Assembly (NCBI RefSeq): GCF_009914755.1
Contig: NC_060929.1
Direction: 5' to 3' (one strand)
DNA from: the human T2T-CHM13v2.0 reference genome, Homo sapiens
DNA: 64,000 nt
In this document: one piece after another, positions 1 through 15,155 of the stretch
How the letters are laid out: every line of letters begins with the position of its first letter
How positions within the stretch are numbered: position 1 is the first letter of the stretch
Notes under the pieces: model-generated
Databases searched by the model: none
What the model was told of the DNA's origin: nothing
The model's input: the letters and a program-made list of their open reading frames with translations, nothing else
Made by a program: the position numbers and the translations under genes

Positions 1-42
1 ACATGAACTCATCATTTTTTATGGCTGCATAGTCTTCCATGG
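1..42 (-). mobile_element. 5'-truncation end of a young L1 (L1PA2/3-like), continuing upstream of the window
   Basis: ACATGAACTCATCATTTTTTATGGCTGCATAGT..TCCATGG is the reverse complement of the L1 ORF2-end/3'UTR segment; AAAAAATGATGAGTTCATGT is typical of young L1PA; similarity stops abruptly at ~42. Confidence 0.75.
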
Positions 43-63
43 CCAATACACTTATTTTTATAA

Positions 64-495
<432 letters not shown>

Positions 496-1189
496 TAATT
501 CTCTTTTGCTGCCTGATTTCTAGCAGTCTGTTTTGAGCTGGTTGCAGAGCTGAAGCAGCCTGTTCAGAATAGTTTGGGAGAGGTTGTTAAGCCCAAATCC
601 TTTGGCCCAAGACCATTATTCCCAGTAGGAGGAAAGGATCTGCCCCGTAGGTAAAAGATTCTTAACTTTCTTCAGTAGATTAGCTGGTTACCTAGGGTTG
701 GAAACACATTTCAGTCAACTCATGATTTTATAATAGCCTTTCAATATTCAGTTAATACCGCTTTGCGATATTGTGTAAGTCCTTGCGAGGAAGTCATTTT
801 AAATGTATCATTGGAGGCTTGTGAAATTATTTGATTTCTAAAGAATTTATGGTGATATTTGTTCCATGGAATCTAGAATCACCAATTTGAAGTCATGAGT
901 TCTCATGTTTTCAGTGCCCAAATTAGATCAGTTCTAAATAGGATTATTTTGAAAATGCCCAGACATCTGGCTTTGCTTTCGTTCTGTTGTCCTTATATCT
1001 TTATATTGTCTTCTTTCTACTTCTTCTTGAATATACTTTTCAAACAAAATTTACATGAATCATCTAGGGAAGGAAAAATGATGCTTTTAACTCTAGGTGA
1101 ATTCTGTTTCCCAAAAAGCTTTTCAAAACTCTACAACAATTCAACAAACATTTTTGAGACAATTATTATTTCAGGCTTTCGTGAGCATT

Positions 1190-1345
1190 ATTGCATTGAG
1201 CATTGTTTCACCATTACACTTCTCTTGAGAAGGCATAAATGTTTTCATTTTGCAGATGAAACAGGGAAACTCAGAAAGGATCAGTTGGGCTGTATTTCAT
1301 GTAAAATTAGTAGGTGGCAAAGATTATATCAGGGCTCAAGACTAC
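1190..1345 (-). mobile_element. MIR fragment
   Basis: CATTTTGCAGATGAA..GAAACTCAGAAAGG..TAGTAGGTGGCA resembles the MIR core. Confidence 0.6.
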
Positions 1346-1575
1346 GAGCCTTGACATAAGATGTGTACTTAATGCTTATTTTGTCATTGTCAGCGAAACT
1401 GAATTTCATGCTAATCATTTTTCTAAGTTCCTATCAAAGTATATTTTTACTGTACTTAGGAGAAGTGTGTTTTCCAATTTCAACTCATAATTGTGTTTAG
1501 CTTGTCAGTATTATATATGCAGATACTTCTGTGATCCATATAGGGTCTAGAAATTGACTTTAAATCCTTAGTTAT

Positions 1576-2546
1576 TGCTATGGTTTGGATGTGGTTTGTC
1601 CCCACCAAAACTCATGTTGAAATTTGGCCCCCAATATGGCAATGTTGAGTGGTGGGGCCTAATGGGCCGTGTTTGGGTCCTGGGGCAGATCCCTCATGAT
1701 TACCTTTATGCCCTCTCTCAGGGGTGAGTTCTCTTGAAAATGGGTTAATTCCCATGAGAACAGATATTTTAACTGTTTTCCCATTTGTCCTGAGAATCCT
1801 CGCCTGCACTTGTTGCTGCAGCATTTACCCGAAGATAACTTTGCCATGAAATAGCTTTTGCTTTTATTATTATTTTCAGATCACTCTAGTGTATTGACTT
1901 TGGAAACAAAAGATAATGTTTTACTTACAGAATTCTGTTTTTAGTAGTGGTATTTACATTTACAAAATACAGTAATTCTTGATTGCTGAAAGTGTCAAAT
2001 CCTAGAAAATGTAGCATTCCTACACTTGAAGTTAACATCATTTTCGAGCTGTTGTTGGCCAAAGATTCATCTGATGAATTCAGCTTTTCTGAAGTAGATG
2101 ATTCTGATGATTCAGATGTTTCTGATGTTAGTTTTGTTTAGAAATAACTCCAAGAACAGTTTTTATATTTTATTTTCACATTGAAAATCAGTCAGATTTG
2201 CTTCAGCCTCAAATAACTGTTTATGTAAAATTAAATGAGTGTTGGCTGTGAGGTACATGTTTGTTTTTTTTTTTTTTTCCTAGATGAGAAAAGCATTAAA
2301 AAGAGTCTGGCTTCTTGATCTCTCTCTCTCTTGCTTCCTCTCTTGCCACGTGATCTCTTTGCACATGCCCCCTCCCCTCCTGCTTTTTCCCATGAGTTGG
2401 AGTATCCAGAGGTCCTCACCGGATGCAGCTGTCATTCATTTTTGGACTTTTCGGTGACCAGAATTATAAGCCCAATAAGTGTCTTTTCTTTATAAATTAC
2501 CTGGCCTCAGACATTCTGTTATAGCAACAGAAAATGGACTAAGACA
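1576..2546 (+). mobile_element. MSTB-like MaLR solo LTR, interrupted by MER75
   Basis: Starts TGCTATGGTTTGGATG, ends AATGGACTAAGACA; 5-bp TSD GTTAT at 1571-1575 and 2547-2551. Confidence 0.9.
1773..2295 (+). mobile_element. MER75 non-autonomous piggyBac element, full length
   Basis: Matches recalled MER75 consensus throughout (GAAACAAAAGA, GATTCTGATGATTCAGA, GAAAATCAGTCAGATTTGCTTCAGCCTCAAA); decayed TIRs CTGTTTTCCCATTT / AGATGAGAAAAGCA; TTAA at 1769-1772 and 2296-2299. Confidence 0.9.
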
Positions 2547-2765
2547 GTTATGGAAGGCAAATATTAGTATTCTAAGCTGCCTTTATACTTGAATTGTTGA
2601 AGATTTAGTCTGCAAGTTACCACAACTGTATTCTTAACACATGGCAGTCAGACTTAGTAAAATTAATATTTAAGTTAGTCATTATATAGGATCTAAAGTA
2701 TATGTAATAAAAAATTACTGAATAGTTATTTTACTGATTTTCCCTTTAAAAAAAACTGAGCCACA

Positions 2766-3106
2766 GGCTGGGCACGGTGGGTCACACCTGTAATCCCAGC
2801 AATTTGGGAAGCCGAGGTGGCCGATCACATGAGGTCAGGAGTTTGAGACCAGTTTGGCCAATATGGTGAAACCCTGTCTCTACTAAAAATACAAAAAATT
2901 AGCTGAGTGTAGTGGCATGCATCTGTAATTTCAGCTATTCAGATGGCTGAGGCCCAGTAATCCCTTGAACCTAGGAGGCAGAGGTTGCAGTGAGCCAACA
3001 TTACACCACTGCACACCAGCCTGGGTGACGGAGTGAGACTCTGTCTCAAAAAAACCAACCAGCCAACCAGACAAACAAACAAAAGCCAAATCAAAACTAA
3101 AACCCA
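2766..3106 (+). mobile_element. AluS with compound A/AAAC tail
   Basis: Dimer; AACTGAGCCA repeated on both flanks. Confidence 0.95.
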
Positions 3107-3936
3107 ACTGAGCCATGGAATTTTTCTTTAATTGGAAATATATGAAAGTGGAAGATAATAATTTCAGCATGTACCTTAGGAGACTGGAAATATACCTTGA
3201 AGCTGTCTATTACAATAGAAGGAAACTCAATCTATGACACCAAAAAAGTAGAGTAAAAACATGTAACATAGGAATAGGAATAAAAAGCAAAGAATGAGAG
3301 AAAGAAAATGATGCTGAAGAAATCTCTTAAAAAATAGTGCTAAAATGACAACTATTGCGTGGGGGGCCTTAAGAGGAAGAGATTCTGAAGTCAGAAATGT
3401 GGTATTAGGAGCTTTTAGTCTGTGTATGAGGAAGGTGATGACTGATTATTATAAAGGTTTGTTTTCGTCTTTAAAAATTAAATTTTAAACTTAACTATCT
3501 TTGGAATTCTCAGGATCATTTAGGAAAGCTTTGCAAGACTTTAGCCTTTGAAGCTTAATGTGTTTTGGTGATTCAATGAGCAATTCACTGCTTCATGACC
3601 AAGTTTATTTTATTGTTTAAGCTACTGCCCAAGTATAAGTTAGGTAACTTTTGAAAAACTGCACCACTTACATCTGGTGATTTGAGCATGTTAATGTTCA
3701 GTGTGCCCAATTTAATAAAGAAGTCAAATTTGCATCCAAGAATCTTTTAAGCAGTGGAAAGCTCATCATCTCAGTGTCCAGAAAATTGGTTTGTAAGCCT
3801 ACAAATGTACAATAAAATGCTAAATACCATTTCAGACGCAAGTAATAAGTTTAATTTCTTGAGGGAATTATCTTCCAAAATGCATCATCCAGAATGACCA
3901 GAATATCATATGATAGTCTTAGAAGAAAATTCGTTT

Positions 3937-3938
<2 letters not shown>

Positions 3939-3973
<35 letters not shown>
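3939..3973. repeat. (TG)n microsatellite
   Basis: Direct reading. Confidence 0.95.
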
Positions 3974-3974
<1 letters not shown>

Positions 3975-4350
3975 CACCATGCACTTAAGGAAATTGTAAA
4001 GTAATATTTAATCGAGATGTCCAGAGCTCTCAGTGCCTTTATGCAGATGTTGGAGAGAGACAGGTTTAGGTATTTAATATTCTAATTCCATGTCCAAAAT
4101 AATTCTATGTTTATTTCTTTCACCTAGTTTGCCATTTCCAAAAAAAGCACCAAAAAACTAATCATTGTATTTCAGCCATAGACATTATGGTTCATCTAAG
4201 TACATCTAAGTGTATTTGTAATGAAAGCTTGCATCATTCCTAATTTTTTTTATCAGTAATTTCAGTATCTTAATTGAGTGGGAACTTATTAAAGAATATA
4301 GTCCAAATACATGTATTTAGTCTCTTATGGAGAGCTCACAATATGTCAGT

Positions 4351-4575
4351 CAGGGGTCACCAACTGGTAGCACAGAGGATGATTCCTCCCCTTAGATGGG
4401 TTTTCTTCTCTTTAAAGAATTTTCAAAAATAATTCTGGGTTTAATAATGATTTCGGTGGAGCATGCACCCTGCTATGACTGAATCCCCACCATTCCCAAC
4501 TGTCTTAAACAAACTGTCATCTAAATATTTCTGTTAGCTCTTTGGCTCCTGAAGGAATTTGATTTTATGACAAGA
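4351..4575. mobile_element. MER102-like hAT-Charlie DNA transposon remnant
   Basis: Starts CAGGGGTCACCAACTGG, ends TGGCTCCTGAAGGAATTTGATTTTATGAC, resembling MER102 termini. Confidence 0.45.
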
Positions 4576-6376
4576 TCCACTACTTCCAGAACTGTAGCAA
4601 TTACTGGGGCAAGTAAACACTTGTGTAGCAGTTAAATAGCCATTCAGGGCGGGATAAAATTATGTCTCAACAGGTGGTCTAAAGCAGAAGGGAGTGGGTG
4701 TGGGTTGGAGGAATCAGGACACCCTCATGGAAGCCTGGGACTGTTGGCTTTTTGCTGTGTGAGTAGTCAGTGGAAGCGTGGAAAGGAAGATAGCATGATG
4801 TGTTAGGGTGTGAAGAGCTGGGAGAAATCTCACTGGGTCCATGTAGGGAAAATGGAAGCTTCAAAACAACCACCTCCCTGGCAACACTGAATAGGCTCAC
4901 AAAGTGTGTTAAAGGACAGTCTTTAACTAAAACATGGGGTTACAGATTGCGTGGCCACAGTGTTCTTTGTACTAGGGTTTCAATGGAGCCCATATTTTTG
5001 GTGATGTCAGTGACAAATAGGCCATTCTGCATCCACGAACTTTCTTTAGTGTACTGGGGAGGTTTTACACTAAAGCACCATCTTCTCAACTCTTCTATAG
5101 TGAAGAGAGACTATAGAGGAACTTGGGGACCAACATTTTAGGACAAATAATCTGATATTGGAAATATTTGCCCTTTACAGTCACGGACACAGTTTGACCT
5201 TAACAATCTAGTTAACATGTCTGTTTACTTCCTCTTTGACTAGGAAATAACTTCTCATGGATAAACTAACTTCCTGAGGAAGTCCCCAACTTCCCTAGGT
5301 TGTTAGACTAATTAACAAATCAGCAGAGAGAAGCACTTTAGTTGTAAACGGTGTCTTTGCATTCTGTATATGTAAAAAAGAAAAATGTAGAAAGTCCACA
5401 CTGTGGAGGGAATAATATACAAGTAGTTTAAAAATTGTGTGTAAATCATTTAGAGATGGTTGAAGAATTGTAACGGGTGAAGTCTATGGGAATTAGGTGG
5501 CAACAGAGTTAATTATTTTATATATATAACAAAGAAACTTTCTGTTGTTTATAGCGGCTAGTGGTTTTCAAGATGGGGTGGGGCATCTGGTACACTGAGG
5601 GACATTTATTCTTCTAAATAGTGAGACATGTTTGGTTATGTGAATATTCAGATGTGGGCTATAGAAAACCAGATTTCTCTGCCCAGAAGAGAGATTCTGA
5701 GCTGCAAAAGAAGAAGGTGTAGGAGGATATCCAGGAGGGTGAAGAAGGAGATGGACCCAAAGAAGATGGATGGTGGAGCGAAGATGTTTCCAGTATCTTG
5801 AGGGTAGTGGCCCATAAGGTGACATGTTCCTGTGTCCCTGAAATCTTTAGTCAAGTCTATGAAACTCACAACATGCTTGGTGGGGATAGATTTACTGTGG
5901 AAATCAGTTTAGGGCTGAATTTTGAGATTGTTCATTTGCCTTTTGTGTTGTCACCTGACTTTCACAGACACAACTAAAGCCAACTTCTGAATAATCCATC
6001 CATTAACACGTCCATAATATTCAATGTGAATACATTTAAGCATGCTGTTGTTACATGCTTTTTCTTCCATCATATATAGCAGTATTTTCTATAACATTAA
6101 TTTATGCACTGTATATTAACTGCTCTCTTTTGAGTATAATTTTGAACTTAACATTATTCCCATTATTAAAAATTACTATTCTTTTTATGCTTGGCTTTTT
6201 ACAACTTCTTCTGTGGATAACTTTTAAGCTTCTCCCCTGTACCTCCAACATTATATTTCCTGCTATAAAACCACCCTTCCTTTTGGCCACAAAAGAATGC
6301 TCTAGACCCACCTTAGATATATTTTTTCTGCTGAAGACAGAATCAGTCATGTCCTCAGAGCATCTGGGTTCTTTTA

Positions 6377-6677
<301 letters not shown>

Positions 6678-7079
6678 GGAAATATACTTGAGACACAAGT
6701 ATGGGAGTCAAGCAAAGGGTTCCTGCTGCCGTGGGCTCACTTTTATCAAAGTTAGAGCTAGAGACTATGTGCTGATTTAAGGAAGCAGTACACATTGATT
6801 TTATCAATTTCTAGTATTGGGTACCATAAATTATTATATGACATGTTTTATTATTTTATTATGAAGCTTCATTGGCTGCAAGGCTTTCTACTACTCAGAA
6901 ACCAAACATATAACTTATATGGGGTCTTCCTCACCAGACCTGCAAATATGCCCAGACATGCACAATCCACAGCAATGCCAGTACTAGGCCACAGCCCAGT
7001 CAACATATCCCTGCATGAGAGTTTTGTGTATGCTTCCTGCGATGCCTCAATGGTATCATTCCTCCACTTGGTTGAAGTC

Positions 7080-7185
7080 TTTTGAGGTAGGAATTGTGTT
7101 TTTTTCAGCTCCGTATGCCTGGCGGCTACTGGAGTATTTGTCATTTAATACACATTTGATAAACGTTTATTGAATGGATGAATGT
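7080..7185 (+). mobile_element. L2 3' end fragment
   Basis: Ends TGATAAACGTTTATTGAATGGATGAATG, like the L2 terminus. Confidence 0.5.
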
Positions 7186-8494
7186 ATTTTTATTCAAGAT
7201 TTTAAGATGGAATAACCCTCTTGATTAACTTTTCCAACTATAATCATAAAGATTATGACTTCAAAAGCTATGGAATATCAAGATAATAAATGAGAGATGT
7301 AGTTACTTTTTTTAAAAAAAGCTTAATGTTACTGCTTATGGAAACTTGAGGTACATCATGGGAATATTTGGCAGTTATTTACTCTTAGTTGTCTCTTGTG
7401 TTAAGGGGACAAACAACTTTAAGCAGAATAGATACTTTGAAAGGAAGGTGGAACAGAAGATACCATTTCTATTTTACATTTTCAGCATTTTAAAACCAAA
7501 AGACAGTTTATTGTCTATGAACTGTATCTAGCTCTATAAATAACCAGTTCCTCTCAGAAAGTTTTTAACATTCTGAGTCACTAAATGAGATATACTTAGA
7601 AGTCTAAAAATTCTAAGGCTATTCAGCCCTCCCACATCAATTTCAAGGACAAAAGAAAAATGTTATTCCTTCCTCAGCAATTTAATTTTACTAAATCCTT
7701 TCTCAGTATCTTTTAACTTCAATACATTTAATTGTTTTAATTCTTCATCTGCTGATATCTCAAAGTACCAAATTAGAGCTTGTGATTTTTTAACTGATGA
7801 AATTGGAGAAGTAACTTTCATTTTATTGGCACAAAATATGGCTGAATTGGTTTGTTTAATATGTGTGCTCAGATTTTTTTTTTTTTTGGTTCACTGATTT
7901 GTTATGGAGAAAAAGTTAAGACAAACATTCTTAGAGAAGAAAATAATACTATTCTTTCCTTGTTTTATTTTACTTTTTAGTATTATCCTAGAAACAACCT
8001 TGGCTTCAGATTATCTTTTGCAAGTGATATTCTGTTTCCTGGAAACTAGGACAGTGTAAAGCTCATGTTTTGTTTAGCTGTATTGGAACTGGACAGGACA
8101 GAAATTGGGAAATGAATTCATCAAATCTCAGAAATTTACAAAGGTCTAAAATCTGATTAATGGATTCACCAAAACATGAAGTAGGAGGTTGAATTCATCA
8201 TTTAATCTGGATGAGAAAACAAAAGCTGTGAAACAAAAATTTTGAGATTTTTTTTTTTGCTTTCATTTATGTGTGATACAAGTAATTTTTTTCTCTTTAA
8301 ACAATGAATAATAAAATTACCTACCTCCTGTGTTTTTTGTGAGGAGTAAATTAAAAAATTATTTCCAGTTCTTCTCCATATGCATTTAGCTTGTTTACTT
8401 TTATAATCTAATCACAGCCACTTCATGTAAATAGTATATCTTTAACTTGTTGAGAGGTGAGTAGACTTCATTCCCATGGCAAAGTCTTCCTTAA

Positions 8495-9400
<906 letters not shown>

Positions 9401-9798
9401 CTAAAGCTAAAGGCCGACTACTTGCATGCATGCTCTAGGAGATACAGTAAGATCTTTCTGTTGTCAAATATGTTTCTTTTTCCATTGCACAAAGCTAAAT
9501 ACAGGTTTCTTTTCTATTACTAGACTTTTCAGAGCTTTTCAGATTTGTTACTGTGTATTGTTAATCATCAAATGGGGATATAATATGTTTTGTTTCTCAA
9601 ACGTCCTTTATTATACCTTACAACTAGGAAATGCTAAGAAATGTGAATTCAGAGGACCTAGGAATTTCACTCTAGAAAATTTTATTTTTTTTATTTATGA
9701 ATATATTCTTCTTATTTTTATAACAAAAAGACATTGCTAAAATATTTTATTGAAACATCTACATGTGAAAGTTATATTTAGCCACTAAAAACGTGTTA

Positions 9799-10420
9799 GA
9801 TGCTTATACACTGTTGGTGGGAATGTGGACTAGTTCATCCACTGTGGAAAGCAGTTTGGAGATTTCTCAAAGAATTTAAAACAGAACTGCTATTCGACTC
9901 AGCAATCCCATTACTGAGTATATATCCAAAAGGAAACAAATTGTTCTACCGAAAAGACACTCATATGTACATCACAGCACTATTCATAGTAGCAAAGACA
10001 TAGACTCAACCTAGTTGCCCATCAATGGTGGAGTGGATAAAGAAAATGTGGTATGTATACACCATACCATACTATGCAGCCATAAAAAATAACAAAATTA
10101 TGTCCTTTGCAGTAACATGGATGCAACTGAAGGCTATTATCCTAAGCTAATTAACACAGGATCAAAAACCAAATACTGTGTGTTATCATTAGTGGGAACT
10201 AAACATTGAGTACTCACGGACATAAAGATGGGAACAATAGACAATGGGGAATATTAGATGGGGAAGGGAGCAAGAGTTGAGAAACTTTGAGGTACTATGC
10301 TCAATATACTAAGATCAGTCATATCCCAAACCTGAACATCACACAATATACCCAAGTAACAAACCTACACATGTACCCCCTGAAGCTAAAACAAAAGTTG
10401 AAATTGTAAAAAGAAAAAGT
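9799..10420 (+). mobile_element. L1PA15/16-like 3' end (ORF2 C-terminus + 3'UTR)
   Basis: ORF 9800-10003 HCWWECGLVHPLWKAVWRFLK is the ORF2 cysteine-rich region; 3'UTR ends CCCCTGAAGCTAAAACAAAAGTTG. Confidence 0.9.
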
Positions 10421-11099
10421 TAAAGAACAATGTTTAATGATGTGGGAAAATATTTCTAAGAAATGCAGATTATGAAGCGGTATTTCTTACGTGATCCCAA
10501 TTGTGCATAGGACTATATTTGAAGAGGAAAAAGATGAGAAGGACATATTTCATGAGGTTATCAGTAGTTATAATCCTATGAGTGTTAGGATTATAGGTTA
10601 TTTTTATTTTGTGTTTTCCAATATTCTCTAATGTATAAAATTCAAGTTGGTTCATATTCAAAGGCTGAAAATACCTCTTTGGCCATTTGTTCTTAGAATT
10701 TTGTTGAATGTGACTTGATCAAAATTCAATTATTTGATTTTGTCAACATAAGTTTAGATTTTTGAATAATAATCAATGTTTCTATTTCCCATCCCTGATA
10801 CTCAGATATTCAATACCGACCTGTATAGCAGTCACTTGCTTTCATTCTAAAAAAATAACCAATCTAAAAAAATTTTTTTAATCTTAAAATTTTTTGCCAT
10901 TAGATGCACATACTTCCAACACATTTTTTTTTCTGTTTTATATACATTTCCAAACTGAAGTTCCAACACAAGGTTTATACTCGGATGCATCTGCATTTAT
11001 TTAACCAGTCATGTTCTCACTCATCAAATGTTTCCTAAATGTCAGGTATTGTACTTGGGTAATAGGGATTCACTGATCAGGCAGATAGACTAGGCCTGA

Positions 11100-11550
<451 letters not shown>

Positions 11551-11688
11551 TAAAAATTTAGGTTGAATTCTGAATAATGAACAGGAATTAGCAAGGTAAT
11601 ATTTGTGTGCACACACCTGTGTGGGGAGGTGGGATGGGAGGAAAAGTTCTGTCTTCATTTTCTATTATTGCATAACAAATCAACCTAA

Positions 11689-12019
<331 letters not shown>

Positions 12020-12021
12020 TT

Positions 12022-12467
12022 ATGCATCAGTTTCCTGATGCTACTATAACAAATGATGGCTAACTTAGTGTCTTAATACATCACAAATCTGTCTGACAGT
12101 TCGGGAGGTCAGAAGTCTGAAGCGAGTCTTAGAGGACTAACATTGATGTGTTTGAAAATCTGTTTCTTCTGGAGGCTGTAGAAGAGAATTCATTCCTTGT
12201 CTTTCCCATCTAGTTTCATGACCCTCTCCTGCATCTTTAAAGCCAGTAGCATAGCCTCTGCAAGTCTCTCTGACTCTCCTCCTTCTCATAAAAAGCCTTG
12301 TGATTACTTTGAGCCCTCCTAGATAACCCAGGATAATCTCACCATCTCATGATCTTGAATCACATCTGCAAGTTCCCTTACCACATAAAGTAACATATTC
12401 ATAGGTTCATGAGATTAGAATGTGGACAATTTTTTTTTTTGGAGGGGGCATTATTCTGCCTACCACA
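12022..12467 (-). mobile_element. MLT1D-like MaLR LTR
   Basis: Ends GGGGGCATTATTCTGCCTACCACA; internal GGATAATCTC..CACATCTGCAAG. Confidence 0.8.
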
Positions 12468-12960
12468 CAGTTACTTAAAATAGCAGCCATTGGATTATAT
12501 AATAGCTCACAAGTTTTTTCAGTGAGAAATTTGGGCTGGGCTTGACTGTGATTTTTCTGCTGCTTGTGGCATGACTGAGGTCACTGCTGGTTTATAGCTG
12601 GTGGACAGGCTGGTCTAGAGGGCCACTGATGCACCCTGCCTGGGAGGGCTGGATAGCTGAGCTCAGCTGGAACTGTTGCTCAGAGAGCTCACAGGGACTT
12701 CAGAGACTCCAGCAGGATGGTCTCTAGGTAAACAGACCCTATATATGGTTGCTCAGGGCTCCAGAAAGAGTCTTCTAAGAGACCGAAAGTGGAAGCTGCT
12801 GGTTTCTTCAAGCCTGGGCTCTGAAATGGACACAGCATCATTTCTGCCATGTTCTGTTAGTCATAGCAGTCCCAGAGTGACCCTGATTTCAGGGAGAGGG
12901 AATTGATGACCCTGCTCCATGGGATGAAAGCTGATGTATTTCAGCTATTTTTAATTTATA
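12468..12960 (-). mobile_element. Older MLT1 (H-K-like) LTR whose first ~45 bp lie at 11650-11696
   Basis: GAAATTTGGGCTGGGC, CACAGCATCATTTCTGCCATGTTCTGTTAGTCA, GATTTCAGGGAGAGGG. Confidence 0.6.
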
Positions 12961-14979
12961 GAGTGGATGGGTGGGGCAGGAGTCCATGAAGAGGGAGCAA
13001 TATAGGGGTAGCCCTAGAGCTGGAGGGAGCTTAGGGCTTTTTCAAGAAATGCCTGTGTGTATTTACAGCATAGTGATGAAGATGGAGAAGTAGGCAGGGG
13101 ACAGTTCATATAGGACCTTCTAGGACATAAAAAGGATGTGGATTTATTCTAAGAGCCAACACGGTACTTTGAGAGAGGACAAACCTGCTCAGACGTCTGC
13201 GTGGCCCTGGGAATGGGCAGTGAGGGCACCTGCCACCTCCGTAGGAGCTGTCTTGGGACCATGTGAGAGAGAATGTACTTTGGGCTACTGTGGTTCTGAC
13301 CCATTTTTAGCCTTTTTTTTTTTTTTCTAGCAGCTTATAACAGAGCAGCAATAATCAATGTGAGGTCAGTAATAGTCTCTGAACTATTTGTCTATAGCAA
13401 GGTTAGTAGAGAATTTGAGAGTGATTATAATCCTTTATAACAAATTAACATTACTGCACCATCCACACGAGTGGGCAATGGGCTTGGCTTTGTATATCTG
13501 TTTTTTTTTTTTTAATTTTCTCTTCATTTTGTTCCATTTTATAAAATATTTGTATAAATTGGAAAATTTTAAAGTACAGATCCTTTGCAGATCAAGAAAT
13601 TCTCTTCTAGAACACAATCTATTATATTACCACATACTGTATCTTTCCTCTGTGTCTCCCTTGTGTGCCCTCAACTCTCCTCATCTACAGCTGCATGTGC
13701 TGAGTTTTTCAGACTGAATTGCTGGTCACATTTATTCTTATTTGCTCATTTAATATATGGCTGCTAAAGACCTGGATAGAACAATTTTTTTTCAGCAGTC
13801 TATGAACACCTCTAATATGATTGCTGTTTTGTAACATCTTGCCAGTATTTTATTCATCGTATCTTTCACATTTGCATTTTAGAATTAAGTGTTCTCTGAT
13901 TGAATTAACAGTGCAGGGCCTCCTAGTCACAGTAACAGCCAATTTGGCTGATGTTTAGAAAAAGTAGATTAAAGCAGGGAATCATTTATAGTTTAGTATG
14001 TATACTGTGAGCCTGTTCTTTTACCTGAATCATATCATTTTATGTTTATTCCTCTATCATTTGTAGAAGGGCTAAAACCTTTTTTTTTTTTTTTGCATAT
14101 GTGGTCGCTGATTATTTATGTTGGCTTTTTCTTTCATAAATCATAGAGCAGAATATCCTTTGTGATTTTTAGTTTGGATGTCTTTAAACTCTGTAAGGTT
14201 AAAATATGCTTTTATTTTTTCAGAAGTAACAGATCTAATGGAAAGAATTGGGAAAATACAGTAAAATGATCTGATACATTCTTAATCAGAAATTCACATA
14301 GTTGATATTGGAAGTAGTGCATTTTCATCAGGATGAAAGGAGAAAGAAGCAGAAATTTTTTTGTTGTTTTGTTTTGTGAGTATCAAGTCTATGAATGACA
14401 CAGCCTTGTATTTTGGCAGAGAGGAAAGATGAGTGATGGGCAGCCCAGCTCTTCCAATGACTCCATTCTCATATGCTAATAAAGAGCATCTGTAAAATTC
14501 AGACATTCTTTGCTCATGGTTTTATCTGTCAGAAGTTAGAAAAAATAATGATAGCAAAGACTTTAAAATAAAAAATATAAAAAATGAAATTCTAGTCATA
14601 TAACGGTGGAACTTTCCAATGGGCAGAAATTGGAGCCAGTGTGAAAGTTTCTCCTTTGAGCTCAGATGTAAAAGCCCATATACAAGGGGAATGGCAGGCA
14701 CAGAGTCCAGGGACCAGAATACCACATCTTTGGGGATAGTGTCAGTAGGAGGAAATCACAAATGATCTAAGACAAACAAGAATGAAAAAGCAGAAAACCA
14801 TAAGCATATTTTTTGAAATTATGTAGGCAGGTAATGTGGGAAGCATGTCAAAGAAAGCAGAAAGCAAATGACAAAAGTATCATATAATAGGACAGAGGAA
14901 TGACAGAGCAGCACAAACAACTGTCTTCAGTTCTTTCAATGGTAAGAGCACATGGCTTTATGCGAAAGGCATGAGGATA

Positions 14980-15155
14980 GCAACAGCTAACCATTCTATA
15001 TTGGTTACTTTGTGCCAGGCATGGTTTTAACTGCATTACATATATTCACTCATTTAACCCCAGAACCAATGAGGCAAGTACTATTATTATAACCAGTTTA
15101 GAAAAGAAGGACTGGAACAGAGAATGCAAATAATTTGCACAGAATCATACAGTTA
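14980..15155 (-). mobile_element. MIR
   Basis: TTACTTTGTGCCAGGCATGGTTTTAA..CTCATTTAA..TGAGGCAAGTACTATTATTA. Confidence 0.7.

Noticed and set aside
895-1359. 154-aa ORF, the longest in the track
   Set aside because: Low-complexity F/L/I composition, overlaps a MIR, no recognisable domain or splice context
5044-5075. 10-bp hairpin CTTTAGTGTA...TACACTAAAG
   Set aside because: About one such stem is expected by chance in 64 kb; no ncRNA family recognised
5700-5980. Purine-rich stretch with an acidic-looking open frame (EDIQEGEEGDGPKED)
   Set aside because: No recognisable protein, no acceptor, poly(A) or TSD suggesting an exon or retrocopy
14650-14675. CCTTTGAGCTCAGATG resembles the 8q24 rs6983267 flank
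   Set aside because: Only a partial short match; surrounding sequence differs
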